Part shown: piece by piece, positions 38,201 through 53,200 of the stretch
Layout of the letters: each line of letters starts with the position of its first letter
How positions within the stretch are numbered: the first letter of the stretch is position 1
Source: Tubiluchus corallicola
Lineage: Eukaryota > Animalia > Priapulida
Direction of reading: 5' to 3'
Assembly (NCBI GenBank): GCA_030141605.1
Contig: JAQGDQ010000021.1
Coordinates: forward strand, 558,001-622,000
DNA length: 64,000 nt
The notes under the pieces: generated by a model
What the model was told of the DNA's origin: nothing
Database searches by the model: none
Seen by the model: the letters and a program-made list of their open reading frames with translations, nothing else
Program-made: the position numbers and the translations under genes

Positions 38201-41200
38201 GTGCCTGTTTTTTGTGCAACGTACGTGTTTCCAATTGTAGGTCTTTGTAACTAACGAATGGCAAAATGCATGTAGCGGTGAAAAACTAGCCACACAAATG
38301 TGAAACTAGGTTACTGCAATAATAATTCTTTCACGTCACATAAGTCATTCTTAAAATACAACATCCCTTTCAGTATGGTTGTTTGATTGTTTTGAGTTGT
38401 AGTTTAAGACCGAGTCTAGTTTTCCTTAAAATTATGCACACTTTGACAAGACTCTATCACCTAAATTGAAAATCACTTTCATCTACTAGTACTCATGAGA
38501 TGTACCCACTCTGGATCCACAGAAGGTGGTTGTGCACCTCTGTGTGACCTGTGTTGCTCATATAAATGTTGCCATGTTGCTGAGAGCTGCAGTAGGTCTA
38601 CCAAGATCCAGCACCAACAATTAATTACTTTAAAACCTAAGACACTTATTTCATCTTTATATGTCATTTGAGAGATGCGGATGGTTGGTTGGCATAGAGG
38701 AAAAGCTCTCAGAGAAATTAAAAAAAAACTCTTAGCAAAAGCAATGTCTGGTTCGAAGCTCTTGACAGATTATAATATTATAGCCATTTACGCTCTTACA
38801 ATATGTCACTGGTTTATTGTCTTTAGACACTTAGGATTGCATATTGAGAGTCATGCACAAAAAATTCAATAACGCACAAGTGGTTGAAGTAACTCTGACA
38901 ATGAATACATGGTAAATTAATAATACCTCTAATCCTCGACTAATAATCTCGGGCATAATTCCGCTCTGTGCTGCGATAACATGAGCCATGCTTTTCTTAG
39001 CCTTTCCCTGCACAAGTTTGTACAAGAAAACCAAGTTATCCTCTTCCTCTAGTGTTTCCATCATCTAGAACAAAAAACGAAAACTTGAACTTGTTTACAC
39101 ATTTGACTAAATAGAGTGGGCAGTTTATTGTCGTACATATGCAAAAATAATTATGTATAAAAAAGGAGCAAAAAGAAGTCATTGTTACCAGGCAGAAACC
39201 TGCAACCATGCAGGCATTCTTTACAACTGCCTCTTTACTTTGGTTATCAAACATATACAGTTTTTGAGTTGTAAGCTTTTTTTTCAATTACTTTTATGTT
39301 ACTGAACTCTTGCAGTTTTGAGTTCCCTAACTCAAGAATCACTGCTGTGAAGAATATTAATCTAGAACTGTCATCTGTTTGACCTTTGGCGTCTTATCCT
39401 CTTATCCAGGCCATGTTCTAGTACAAATCATCTCTGAAGTATCATTCTTGTCATTGTGAATGTAAATAAACTTGCACATTTTCAATTTGCCAAATTCTAA
39501 AAGTTATTTAATGACCTTGTCCGTGTTAACTAAGTTGATTGTTCAATGCTCACTATAACAATGCATGAACACAGCTTTCAGCTAAATTAATATATAAAAA
39601 TGTAGTCTGGCTACAAATTGTAAAAGAATGCATAAATAGCGACTGCAGCTTTTATATTTTAGCATCAGCACAACTACTGCTCAGTCTCGGTCACATTTCT
39701 ATATTCTGCCAATAAAGCCTGGCTTATTATAGTGTTGACCTTTCATAGTGAGTTTTCACCTTTGACCTGCATCACACAACGCCCATCTTTCCACACGCAA
39801 GTTTTGCAGGCAAGAAGTTCATGTGAGCAGGCAGCCCTGTCCACTTTCGCCAAAGGTCAAAAAAATTTTCCACTAAATTAGTACCTCAGCTCAAGTAATG
39901 CATGGTACAAAATTCCTTTAGCACTCAAAAACTATTTCAGCATCGCCAGCAAATAAAAAATTGTACTGCAAAGTTTAATGATTTTCCTAGCAAAATATGC
40001 TTTCTCGGAGTCCATAACCAACTACAACAGTAACAGCAACAAGAATGTGAATTAATACATCTATGATATTGAGTGTGCAAAAGGATAAATTGTTTATCAA
40101 AAACTGAAAATTAAAATGTTTAAAGGGACCACCGCTAAAATCAGTGAAGTCATTTGGCTTTTGACTTCTCACTATAGCATGCAATTAAATTTGTTGCTTT
40201 TATGCACTAAATGAAAATGAAGCTGATCAACCACACAACTGCAAGAAGATGGAAGTGAATTGCAGAAAAAAGTAACATTTAAAGTCCAACTTATTTAAAT
40301 TTATATTTTCCCAGCAGCATCCGACAATTGTGTCATAGCAAGGGTACACATCAGCTTTTCTCACCCACAGTATCAGTATTTTCTCAGTACAACATTGAGA
40401 AAATGTGCAATTATTTGTTAGTAAAGTAGGTCTTAAAACAAAATACTGTACCTTACAATTAGTAAAATGTACTAGAATTAATTATAGCTCTACTGAACAT
40501 ATTAAAGCATAACTGTTCATAACATATACATGCCTGGTACAGAATGAATGGCGTCTCTGGCAAGAGGTTTGCAACACTATGAAAATGTGTACTTATAAAC
40601 ACCTGTGGACAATTTTCAAGATTTTCAAGCCAGTGCTCAATACTAGCTGTCAATAGTGCCATGCCGTCAGGCTGAAAAATAAGGAAAAATTAAAAAATTT
40701 AAGTTAAAATAAAATCAGAAAATTAAATAAAAATTGTTTACTGTAGAAAAATGAATGCTTTTAATGTTAAGAAATCAAAATTAAAGGTTAGTTATCGACT
40801 GCAGCATGCCTATTGTTTGATGTACAGTAAATCCTCACTCAACGATGCTAATGCATTCTAGCAAAATGAGACGTTAAATGAAATATCGTTAAACGAAGTC
40901 AAGACTTCCATAGAAAGTAATGTAAAAGAATTGAGATACGTTCCAGCATCAAATGATTAGCGTCGTTAAAAGGAAATGTCGCTAAACTGGGAGTCGTTAA
41001 GTGAGGACTTACTGTACCTAATTCAAGGTAAGGTAATTTAGTTAGTCTGTTCCAGTGGGCTGGGTATAGACTAGAAGAACCCGTGATTATGCCATGTGCC
41101 TCACAAAAAATATTTTAGGTCATTTACAAAAAACAAATTTGTTTTCTGCTAAGATGCAAAGATACATGAGCTATAAATTTTTCTTCTTTTTTACAAAATA

Positions 41201-44200
41201 TATCAATTTTTATGAGCTTACATGTTCCTATAATCCACTTATGCTTACAGTTGTCCAAAAAAGTGTTTAATTTTTACTAATCCTCTTAAAATCAATCTCG
41301 TCTGTCTATAGACTGTCAAAAAGTATGCACTCAACACTAGAGTGTAAAAGTGTAAACACAGATTATTCACACCTGAGTGATATTTTCACAACTAAAACAA
41401 ACATTTAAATAATTCGATGATATAAAAAAATCTACCAGGAGTAGAACCAACACTTACGACTGTTGTTCCTTTGCCAAATTCATCTATAATAACCAGTGAA
41501 GATTTAGTTGCTGTTCTTAAGGCCAAAGACATCTATGTAAACATAATAATCTAATTATATTATTAGCACATGTAGTGTCTCTAGTGAAACAACAAACATA
41601 CTTTTATGCATCCAACAGACTAATAATAACTTGAGTGACGTACTTGGTTGACGTCAATGAAAAAGCTTGACAAGTCCACAGATATCGACTCGTCACTATG
41701 TATCCTAGTCAGAATTCGATCTACAGTTCCGATCTCTGCAGCTTCAGCAGGTACAAAGCTTCCTATATGTGCCAGATATACAATAAGTCCCACCTACATA
41801 TTAGCAGAAACATTCATAAATTAAATTAAAATGCAAAGTAATTTACAAAATAACTTCTTTTTTATTTATAAAGCTGTCTGATGGTCACAAACTGAATGAA
41901 GTTACTCCAAAAGAAATCAGCTACTCTTTGTGTGAGGGAATTACGCAGATTCCATAACAAAGCTTATTGCTACCAGAAAAGCTATATAGACTATCAGAAA
42001 CTATTTGGTACACAAATTCTTATTGAAAAATTGACAAGCCAATAAAACTGAACCACAAAATAGGTACAGTGAATGTACAAATTCAATAGTACATACGCAA
42101 CTCCAAAAACTACAGACTGGTTATACTGTTAATGCAAGTTCTTACCTGTTTTAGGTAGACGCTTTTTCCACTGGAATTTGGCCCAGTTAAAAAATGAACA
42201 CGACTACTGTCTGTGGTAGTGTGAGTACCATTAGGCACAAAGGAGGACACACATAATTCTTGAAGTGGATGCCTATGATATAGTACTAACCTTTAATTAT
42301 ACGCCTAAAGAAAATTTTACTAATATGCCACTATTAGCATAATAATGACAGAGAAAGGATTAACCAATGTTTAGCACAATGTTTCATTAAATATCTCAAA
42401 AATACTGTAATGTGAAATCGTCTGTTTACATGCCAGCTACGTTTACTGTCAACACAGTACAAGCAAACCTCTAGTACAAATACTATTATATAATAAATCT
42501 TTTTAGTATACTGCTGTAGTATGTTTTAAGAAAATACTTAAACTGTATTGTAAAATACTTAAAAACATGAAGTATTAGTCGTCAACCTTCTTCACAAGTC
42601 ACAAGTTAAGCAGAATTCACACAGTGTTCTAACTAATATTATTAACTTTGTTCTATGTAGTCAGTTATACTAAACATGAAATAGTCAAGATCAGTAAGAC
42701 TACATCAAAAATACCTTAAGTAAAGCAGTACAGTACCTGCCACTAGTGATGCTGATTGTGTTTGAATGGTGCATTTTTGGTGCAACATAGTTTCGTTCTC
42801 TAGCTATGGTTGCCAAGCACATCAAGCTTCAACATAAAAAGAGATTCAAATAGTAAATCAGTATAAGAAATTAAACATTCATTTACAGATATACTGTCTG
42901 ATATGTACTGTGTACACAATGGACTACAAAAAAAGGAAAAAATCAAAGTATTACTCGAGCTTTGTCGCAAAAGGGCATAAAATAAACTGAAAATGAAAAA
43001 ATACAATTAAGGATGAAATTATTTCGTTTAAATGAATTTAGCTAAGAAGTTTTTTTATAATTTTACATACCAGTCTAGTTCGGCAGTATAGATCATAACA
43101 TCAGTCAAAACCTGAGATCTACTGAGAATAGCATTCTGCAAGTTATGCATAACCATCACTTCATGATCTGATTGTTATAAATATGAAATTAATATAACAA
43201 GGTTATATTATTGCTATCATACCAGTGAGACTGTGAATAATAAATGTCTGACAATTTTGAAAAGCTCTGCTTAGCGTCTTTGCTCTCATAAAAGTAAGGC
43301 AAAATATCATTAAATTTGTTAAAATGATCAAGATAAAAAAGCATTATCAATTCAGAATACAAGCCAAAAACTCAATAAGTAATGAATCACGAATTAACAG
43401 ACATCAGCGCACAAAAAGTTTTGTTTGCTTCAGTCATATTATTAATATGAAAAAGAATTTCATATACCTGCAATTTCACACTGAATGTCACCCAATTCTT
43501 TATCAAGTTCTGTAAATCAAAATGACAAAATTTACATTTTTCAGTGGCAAAAACTTTCTGTTTAACGCTTTAATTGAAAGTTTCACTTTTGTATGCTATC
43601 AATAAAATGATACACATGGTCGCATTCTCCTAAACTTAACAACACACATCAATAATGACAGCCACAACATCTTCATGCTACATGGAAACACAATATGCTG
43701 TTAAGTGCAAATGCAGAAAACTCGTTTAAAACAGCTCAGATTTATGTTTCTGTACAGGTAAAAGTTTAAAATTTTTGTGATGTGTCAATCAGACATAATC
43801 AACTTCTTCAACATACCTTTGGTAAAAGTTTAAAATTTTTGTGATGTGTCAATCAGATATAATCAACTTCTTTAACATACCTTTGGTTGTTTATGTCAAA
43901 CACTTCTTCATAATAAATATCATTTACTATGAATTTAAACTCATTGCTGTGTTTCTTTATTTTTGCCATTTTAAGTTCTTATTTTATGCCTAGTATTATG
44001 TGAAGTTGAAGTTTCCAAATATTCACTAAAAAGTACATGTATGCACTAAAATAACTTAAGTTACTAAGCATCTAACCCGCTCACAACACTCAGTTTGCAC
44101 TGTACAGACAAACATTTGCTACTTACGTGTTGTTGTTGGGCTCTTGTAGTAAGAGATACTATTAGATGAGAACTGAAACACAGAAAGTGTTATATATAGC

Positions 44201-47200
44201 AGTTTGTGTTATAAATTATATCCAAAGTAGATCGGTAATGTAAAAGTTATTTCAAAACAGCCCATTAACCACTTCACTGCCTGTATGACGAAAATCTCCC
44301 GTCATGAAAATGCTATTCCGACTGGCCTGTATGACGAGACTCTACCGTCATGCTTAATATTCAAATTAACTGATGCCTACGCCAGTAGCAATAATACTTA
44401 CACACGCCACATGCAATTGAGTAATCTAGCTTTGAAAACAAAAAGGTGTCCTCTGTTGTCTAAAAAGATGATATACAAGCTACAAAACATTCATAGTCAA
44501 AAAACGTATGGATTGGGCATATGCTTAGACTACCTGATGATATTCCAGTGAAGATAGCTCTTCAACAAGCCATAGAACCAGCTAAAAAACCTGTAGGAGG
44601 ACAAATGTTAACATATTTAGATTTTGCACAGAAATATTTAAACACTTCAGCATTGATCCTTAGAAATAAATGCACTTGGGGCATTGCGGCAAGAGGGAGT
44701 CCTGGCATAGGGAGGTGAGCAGAATCATGTCCCTGGACGTACGATTCATTGGACGATGATGATGATGTTGCGACTGCTGCATACCTTTCCTGTATCTTTG
44801 TCGATTTTTTGTCCTCAAATGGCACAGAAAAGATGCAGTGTGAAGCAAATTAGGGACTACCTTGCAAAATTTGGGATTGAGTCATCAGATAATGGTAGGT
44901 GAAGCCAATCCATACATGTAATTAGATATGACTATTTCAACACTGTACGGTTGATCAATTGTGTACATCCAAGCTAAAAATTACAGCATTAGGCCTGCCT
45001 TTATTTCTTTTACACACTATAATGGCTATTGGGTCAAACATTTGATAGCACTGCTCATACATATTTTACAAAAAATTTTGTACAAAATACAACATTCGAA
45101 TTGTAGTGACAAGTGAAGGATGGCCAAAAAGTTGCGAAAACTGTATATGTGAATGCTTGCATGATGCGTATGTGCTTGGGTGTGTGTGAATGTTTGCACG
45201 TAAACACATGCATACAAATTAGGCAATATTTGTTCGTGTATGTATGCTTGAACGTGCAATGCTTTTTTTATAATCACAAAGTACCAGTTCAAGTGTAGAG
45301 ATGATGACGGTGGTGATACTGATGACTATGGTGGTGACACTGATGATGACGACGACAATGACATCGACACTAATACTTTTAGAAAAAAACTACAGTTACA
45401 GTATTTTTGTGAATCTAAATCATAATAAAAAAATATTTTGTAGCAACACAAACAATATTTTGCATATCAGAAACACTGCTTTTATTTTCTTCTACTTTTC
45501 TTTCTTTTCTGCTTTCCCTTCCCCTTTCTTCTCAACATTCTTCATCATTCTCGCAAGTCAAGTTTGCTAATACATCGACGAGAGATGGTAGCAACAATGA
45601 CACTGGTAGTAGCGGACACAGGTGGCAGTGGCATGGCGGCAGCGTGGCAGTGGCATTGGTAGTTATGATCATAACAACAGTTATGATGGCAGCAACGACA
45701 ATAGTAACAATAGAAATAGTTGTGATGTAGTAACAACCATACTATAATAACATTGCAGTGCCTATAGCAGTAGCAACTTGTCATTTTACTAAAATGTTCT
45801 TGCGCGCCTGCTGGAATACAAATTGCATGGCAGTGAAGTGGTTAATAATACTTACTTTACAATTGAGTGTACGGCTGCCAATGTACCGTGGCACCCAACC
45901 CACGAAAGGAAGCTCTGTCATTAGCGAGGTCTGTCAAATCGGAAATAGGGTGCATTGATAATACATTTACTGTTACTGAGCAAAATGCAAAGAAATCAAA
46001 TTTAAATGGCTCTATATTTACCACAAAACGCAAACCATTCAGCTGCCCACTGCCTTCATCATCCATAAAATCTTCTTTTGGGATTGCGAGGAGATAGCCA
46101 AGCTGTAAAGTTACAGTATCGGTTATAAAATGCATGAACTGGTTGCTTTCTACTTGCATTTAATACCAACTAAGATTGACCATTTATGCTTCAGAATGTA
46201 GTGTCACAAAACCTTTTTTACACAGTTCAACACTCAATAGGTCAAATTCAACAGTGAACAATGGTACCTTTTACTAAAGTTAAATTACTGTGGATGTCTT
46301 GCTGTCAACAAGAATACTCTAGCAAGAGATGCAATTAAACTGTGCATTACATTGTGTGTTGCATGTCAAAGAGGTAATACAATGTTGCACGTATCACAGT
46401 AATACAACATTGCAAGACATCCAATATTGTAAGTGAAATTGTCTAAAACATATTTTCTGGCCATAAGCCGGCCCATTTGTATACATGCCATTGTTTGCTG
46501 TTCACTTTATCTACATCACCTGGGCTTGTTTGAACTTATTTGTTTATAAACAAAGGTTAATCCTTTAATGCAACTGATAAACAACAAATGTTTTCCACTC
46601 ACGTAATATCATTGGAACTAACAGACCCCAATAACTACATATGATAAGTACTGCATTGAGTAATTATAATAGTGCGACGGCTACACTGGCAACTGTTTTT
46701 AGCTCAGCTACGACATATCAACTGTGCAATTTAGGATTTCAAATAATTGATTTATTTTAGACACAAACAAACAGCTAGCTATTTTAATAAAGGAGACTCA
46801 TCTAAACAATGACAGTGACATCACTGTTAAACAAAAACAAGGAAATGGATCATAAAATAAAAGTAACTATTTTGCAGACTGCAGACAAGTGATGTTACGT
46901 TTACCTAACTATGACAATGTCTTACAGTAATAACATTAAGATAACATTATAATATTAGTCAAGATAACCTACAAGTAAATAATCTAATTAAGACTGTACA
47001 CTTTTTATTAGACGTTTAAGATGCAAAGAAATTAATTACTTCACTGTTTAAATATCACAAAACTGAAAGAATATACTTAAATATACTGTCTAATGCATAT
47101 GTACTAGTAAATGTCGTACTTTTCTATGTTGGAGCATCGAAATTGCAATTTTTAAAATTTGAAAATCAATTTTTGCTAATGCACTTTATATAAACTTCAT

Positions 47201-50200
47201 GTGGCTTAACTTTTTAGTTCCAAGTCTGTTCCTTTGGGACCATATTTCTTTTTGTATGTTGTGTGGGTGTATTATAATAAGACTAACATTGCATTTTTTC
47301 TGTACTAATTCACCAATGTGATTGTATTGTTTATGCTAAGCATACACAAATAAATGGTAAATAAATACGATAAAAAGAAAGCTGTACTAATAAATGTACC
47401 AGACTATTTTGGAAATTTATGTATTTTTATCACGCTTTAATACATCAAGATTTGAGTCAAAGTTTGAACTTCTTTTGAAGAAGTCAATACATTATAAAAT
47501 TATACCTGGGGTAAATACATGACGTTGCACTCTTTAATTCTTTCATCTAGTTTCTTTATTTCATCCTGAGCCACTTTGGTCATGAAATCAGGTAACCCAT
47601 TAAATGTTCTTTTCTCTACAGTAACAACACACGATAAACTTGTAAACGAAAAAAAAACTGACAGTCTGCCAGAAATAAAAATGAAACAGTAAATTAGATG
47701 ATCAATTAACCTACTGATCACACAGCAGTGACAACTAGTGATTAAATTTGCAATTAAACTGATAAAAACAAGAGTGCAGTTTCTGTAATCCTATCACCGG
47801 TTGTTTTTTTAATTTTCACAGACTCAACAGTTTGATAGTTTCTGATATTCTTCTAATTCCAGTGGGCCCATTACTTTATTTCTTTTGTATATTTCGACAC
47901 ACTGCAAATTGCTAATCTTGGGATCTCAATGCACATTCCTACTTATGATTCACCAAGCCAGACAGATAGCCAATCAGATAGTCAATCAACTTACGCTACC
48001 TTACCATATAAAGCTATCAAACCTACTGTTATCCAACTCCTCATCAACACCAAGTTTTACAACGAAAGAGTTCTGAGCAATCGATTCATCAAAATCCACA
48101 ATTTTGCTAATGAACTGTACGATGCTTTGCAAGTCATCTGTGAATGATTCACTTATCTGTTCAGAGAGAAGAAATATGGTGCTTCAGATGCAAACGAAGT
48201 ATAAATCTATATACAGTGATCATATTTTTATTCCACACTGCAAAAAATTGATTGATAATAATAAGTGTGTAATAAGGAGCAAATTATACAAGTTTTTTGT
48301 GATTCTAATGTTCTGAAATGGGATTAACCAATCCATATTCTCAAAACCTGGACTTTTTTTATACTGCTAGTACATACTTTGTTCAAGTCTTTCCTTTTAT
48401 AGGTGGATTCTCATTTTAAAATCTACTCAACTTCCTACCTTCCTGAAGATTTCCAAATGACCCTGGGCTCGACACAAATCAGCTATGAAGATTGCATTGT
48501 AAGCTGTCTATATAAGATAAATAAAATAATTATAGATAGTATAGTGTACTATAGGATATGCACATTTGACACATGTTGTGTAAAGCTTTAAATCATTCCT
48601 ATCTACATAATTATAACAAGTACAAGAAGAACACAAAATTAAGTGATATAACTAATGCTTTTAGAAATCGTAAAAAAAAAGACAGTAGTACCACACAACA
48701 CTTCCGACATGCAACACATCATATGCTGTTGCAAGCCTTGAAGCTAGTAGGACTCTTGGATTAACAAATTTGAGAAGAGAATGTTTGAAAATAATTAAAT
48801 AGTCTGACCAACCTTGTAAAGAGCCTGCCAGTCTCCAATAGTTGCTTGTGCAGTCATCATTCGTGCTAGCATTTTCTGTAATAATCAACGGAAAAACTCA
48901 AACATAAATATGATTACAGCAGAAATAATAATACTGGCTTGATAAAACCTCAAAGTGTGAGAATTAAAATAGCACAAAAACATGTGTAAATTTATCTGTT
49001 GCACGTTAAATAAAAAATGAAAATCAAGGCATTGTGTTGAATCACTCACCAGTATCCTCAGTGACTAGATCTGATCCAAACAATCTTATGCATATCTTAT
49101 ATGTTATTTCTTCTTTGATAGTTGCATTCTCTGTTTTCACAAAATGTTTACAAATAGTTAAAATAAGTGAAAAATGACGTACGGATACATTCTTGATATG
49201 TTTAAGGCAATCCTGCAGCTGATTAGTGATATCATAATTGCGATGATTCATGAAAAACTGGATAGCCTCGTGTCGTTCTTGCAATACTTGTAGGTTTGTA
49301 GTTGGTCTGAGAAACCACAATTTTAATTGCGTACGACCAACTGTAGACATGCATCTATTCATGATACCTGAATGGGTAACATAAAGTACAATCACACTAA
49401 ATACTTAACATAAATTTATTTTACCAATTTATGTCTTCCAATCTTCCAATCTTCCAAACCAACAGGTACGTTATTTTCTGTCCAATAACTATTATAACAA
49501 AAAAACTGTCAAGTTCTTGTCCAACAATGTAATGTAAATTACAGTGAATGAAAAAATTAATCTACGTGAATGCTGGTTAATTAATTTAGTGCTACCAAAA
49601 ATTATCAGGCTTTTATATTTGGCACCAAGAAATCAAAAATGATAAAACTATTAATGGACCACTATTAGTCTTTAGCCAAAAAGGCTCGTGAGAAATGTAC
49701 ACATAAGTAGGACACTGTACCTCCTTATATTAAAATATAAGTTTTACACTTGAAATTAAGTGATGACACACACATCATAGACTAAGAAAATAATATATCA
49801 GCAAGATTTGATAATCTATATAAGACTGATCGTTTAATTTACTAGAAATCCTGATCTTTTCAAAACACATTCATTGACCCACAATGTAGGATTGAACGAA
49901 GTTTCAATTTAAAGAATGGACCTACAAGGTTATGCTGTGTACCAAACCACAGGTTTATCATTCAGTAAAGTTTGAAGATTTTATTATTTACCAAACAAGC
50001 TAAGGCCTTCTTTCCCATACGATGCTGACTTGTAAACTGAAGGATGACGTTCTCGTTGAAAAATTTGCAGTGACTTGTAGGTGTTCTCATCTAACAGCAC
50101 CAATTCCTTCCTAAAATAAAATTGCACAGATTATCCATTTCATCACCTGCCTCCTCACAAATACGCAAACAAGAGATTGCTGAGATCTGAGCTTATATTG

Positions 50201-53200
50201 CACAATCAAACTTTATGCTGCACCTTTAAAGTTATGGCTAATCATGTTTGATATATGGCAACTCTAACATTTAAAGAATTAGTAAACGATTGAAAGAGTA
50301 ACAATACAGCATAAGTTGTTAATTAAATGGCCACAACCAACTGTTACAGACTGTTCCATGAAGCTTTCAAATTTTAGAGACAATAAATAAATAAAGTGTG
50401 TAAAAGCAATGCAACCAATATTTAGTTCAAATACTGACACAGAAAGTGATTCCAGTGTTTAATACTTACAAAGTAAAAGTTTTTAAAGCAACAATAGGTA
50501 CACGAACTCCAGCATCCTCAAGTTCAACACCCAGCCTCTTTTTTTGTAAGTAGCTTAGTAGCCCTCCTGCAGCTCGTACCAGTAAAAAAAACACAATCGG
50601 CAGTGAATTTTTTTTGTTAAACATGAACTTGACACGTTACTTAACTTGTTTCCAATGATATACAATTTCCTGTCATCTGTGACAGGTAAAAGAAAGGCCT
50701 TATTAACAAACTTTCCAATCTCCATGTTTAATGGACTTTGGAAAAGCAACGACCAACATACAAGTAAATCATATAAGAACAAAATCAGTTGTTGTTTCCT
50801 TCGTTTTCAGTCCTCGAACAAATATTTTGCAAACTAATGGACAAACGAAAGCAAAAGTTTATGCAGAAAAGAACGGTCTATAGTTTTTACATTGAACAGT
50901 TTTAGATACAAGGTATCACTTGGAAATTAGAATGCTTTCAAATGAAATTGCTGTGGAACTTCCACAGACATTTTGCATCATTTTGTTAATTACTTCGCTG
51001 AATAAGAAATCTAAGCATTGTATTTACAATACTGGAAAGGAAACTTAATTGCACTAGTATCTCATGCAATTAGGCTGTTATGGACATTTTTGCGTGGGGA
51101 TGTCAAAACTACAGAAATATTCATATTGTGAAGGAGTTAATGTCACAAACCTGCACAGTTATTGCTGTAAGCCAGTTTTAACATTTGCTTAAATAACTAC
51201 AGGATATGTAATTTACATCCATAATCGCGAAGGAGTTAATGTCACAAACCTGCACAGTTATTGCTGTAAGCCAGTTGTTTTAACATTTGCTTATATAACT
51301 ACAGGATATGTAATTTACATCCATAATCGCAAAGGAGTTAATGTCACAAGCCTGTACAGTTATTGTCGTAAGCCAGTTGTTTTAATATTTGCGTAAATAA
51401 GTACAGTATAAATGTAATTTACAATAGTCAAACAAATTTTTACTGGATACGATCTGTAAATTTTACATGAATTGTGTACCAAAATGCAACAAAAAACATC
51501 CCACTAAAATTCCTAAACCATATATATTTTACAGGAAGAGGAAAAAAACATGAAGGATATGACATATCTGACACCTACACAATTCAAAGCTTACACGTTT
51601 CCATGTCTGAAAGCCATGCTAGATAGAAGTAACTTACCATATTAGCATTACTAATGTCTATCAGTGATGTTATGTACAGTGACCGGTCAGTATCAGACAT
51701 CGCCCGTAAACTAGGAAGCTGTAATGAAGTGATTCGACGTCTGCAACTCTCAAATGCTATAAAAATAAAACAAATTTGAAAGTTCTGTTTCACAAAATTC
51801 TAAGAAGGCAACAATAATGTAAAAACAGCTGAGTAAGTAATAAACATATTACCCAATCAATGTGTATAGGAAAGAAATGATTGTAGTTTACTACAGTACA
51901 AGAAAAGTAACTTAAGGCTATGCATTTATCAATGGCACACGTTGTAATGCGGAGACAGGGGTTACCAAAATCAACAGCAGGAAGCAACTCCAATGGAATA
52001 ATGTTTTCATCCTCTTCCACTTCAATGTCAGCTGCTAAAACACAGGGCAGAGAATAATTTATTCAATACTTTACATAACACGTAAGAATTTCGTGTAAGA
52101 GATTCCTAAATTTCTACATGTGATATACCTATCTTGACCTCCCTGATTAAATAATACATGATCACTGATTCGCTATAACAGTAAACAATAAAATGTCTGT
52201 GAGATATGTATTTCTGTCTCTTGTTGCAGACTGTTAGTGATGACGAGAACAAATTTCCCAGGGAAAAGATGAAGCCAATCATTATTTAATTTTGTATTTT
52301 CTCACTTAAAAAAGCAACATGTCATGATAAATCTTATAATTACTTACACTGTCTAGCACAGCATTTTTTCAAAACCTTGATCATTTGTTCATCTTGTTTG
52401 CATCCAGTAATGATGCAAGAAGGGCATACCTGAAATACAACTATAAAAATAAATGAAATTATGTTGTTATACTTTTCCAGTTTTCCAAAACACTTATGCT
52501 TGAAAATTCAACGAGCACAAAAAATAATTAGAAACACCAACAATTTCTGAGTGCACATTACAATACCTATACTAACAGGGGCGTCGTGCACCCAAAAAAA
52601 TTTTAAATTTTGAAAATTTAATTTTGAAAAAAATAAACAGTATTTTGCGTGCAAGAAAAACGATTTATTTAACATGGCATTTAACTTAAAGCTATAGCAA
52701 CGGAAACTTAATTAAAATTAAAAATTAAATTAAAATTTAATTAAGTATTTATCAGCTGTCAGGAATCCGACGCAGAACTACGTCCCGCAATGGCCCGCGA
52801 CGGATGTACTCATCCTTTTGGATTCGTTCTGTTGGAATCGACGTTACAGTAGATACAGATGCCGTAGAACTTGTGTCGGGAACACGGTTGGACTTGAAAA
52901 ATGAAGTCAGATTGGACTGCCTTGACATCGTTTAAGAAATATAGCTAAAATCGCAGCGAAAACTAGCAAAGATTTTCCTAGCAGCAGAAAAATGATGAAA
53001 TGTGCTCAAATTAGTAGCAAAGAGTCGTTAATGTCCAATCAGGAGGTGGCTGAGCCGTGGCTCATCAATTGGTATCTCCCAAACGGACTCTCTGGTACTA
53101 GGCTAGCTCGACAAACTGACTCTCTGGTACTAGGCTAGCTCAACATGACTTCAATGTTTGCATTGTTTTTGCTCTATTATTTCACTTATTCTCTATTATA

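Larger units (their letters stand above)
44269..45841 (+). mobile_element. Non-autonomous piggyBac-family element in MSH5 intron 14
   Basis: TTAA at 44265-44268 and 45842-45845; perfect 13-bp TIR CCACTTCACTGCC / GGCAGTGAAGTGG; duplicated subterminal motif GCCTGTATGACGA..CCGTCATG. Confidence 0.85.

Noticed and set aside
51130-51423. Regular repeats as a possible CRISPR array
   Set aside because: Whole units repeat with no unique spacers; eukaryotic intron; no cas genes.
52129-52172. Possible extra MSH5 exon between exons 4 and 5
   Set aside because: In-frame stop; exons 4 and 5 already join in phase.
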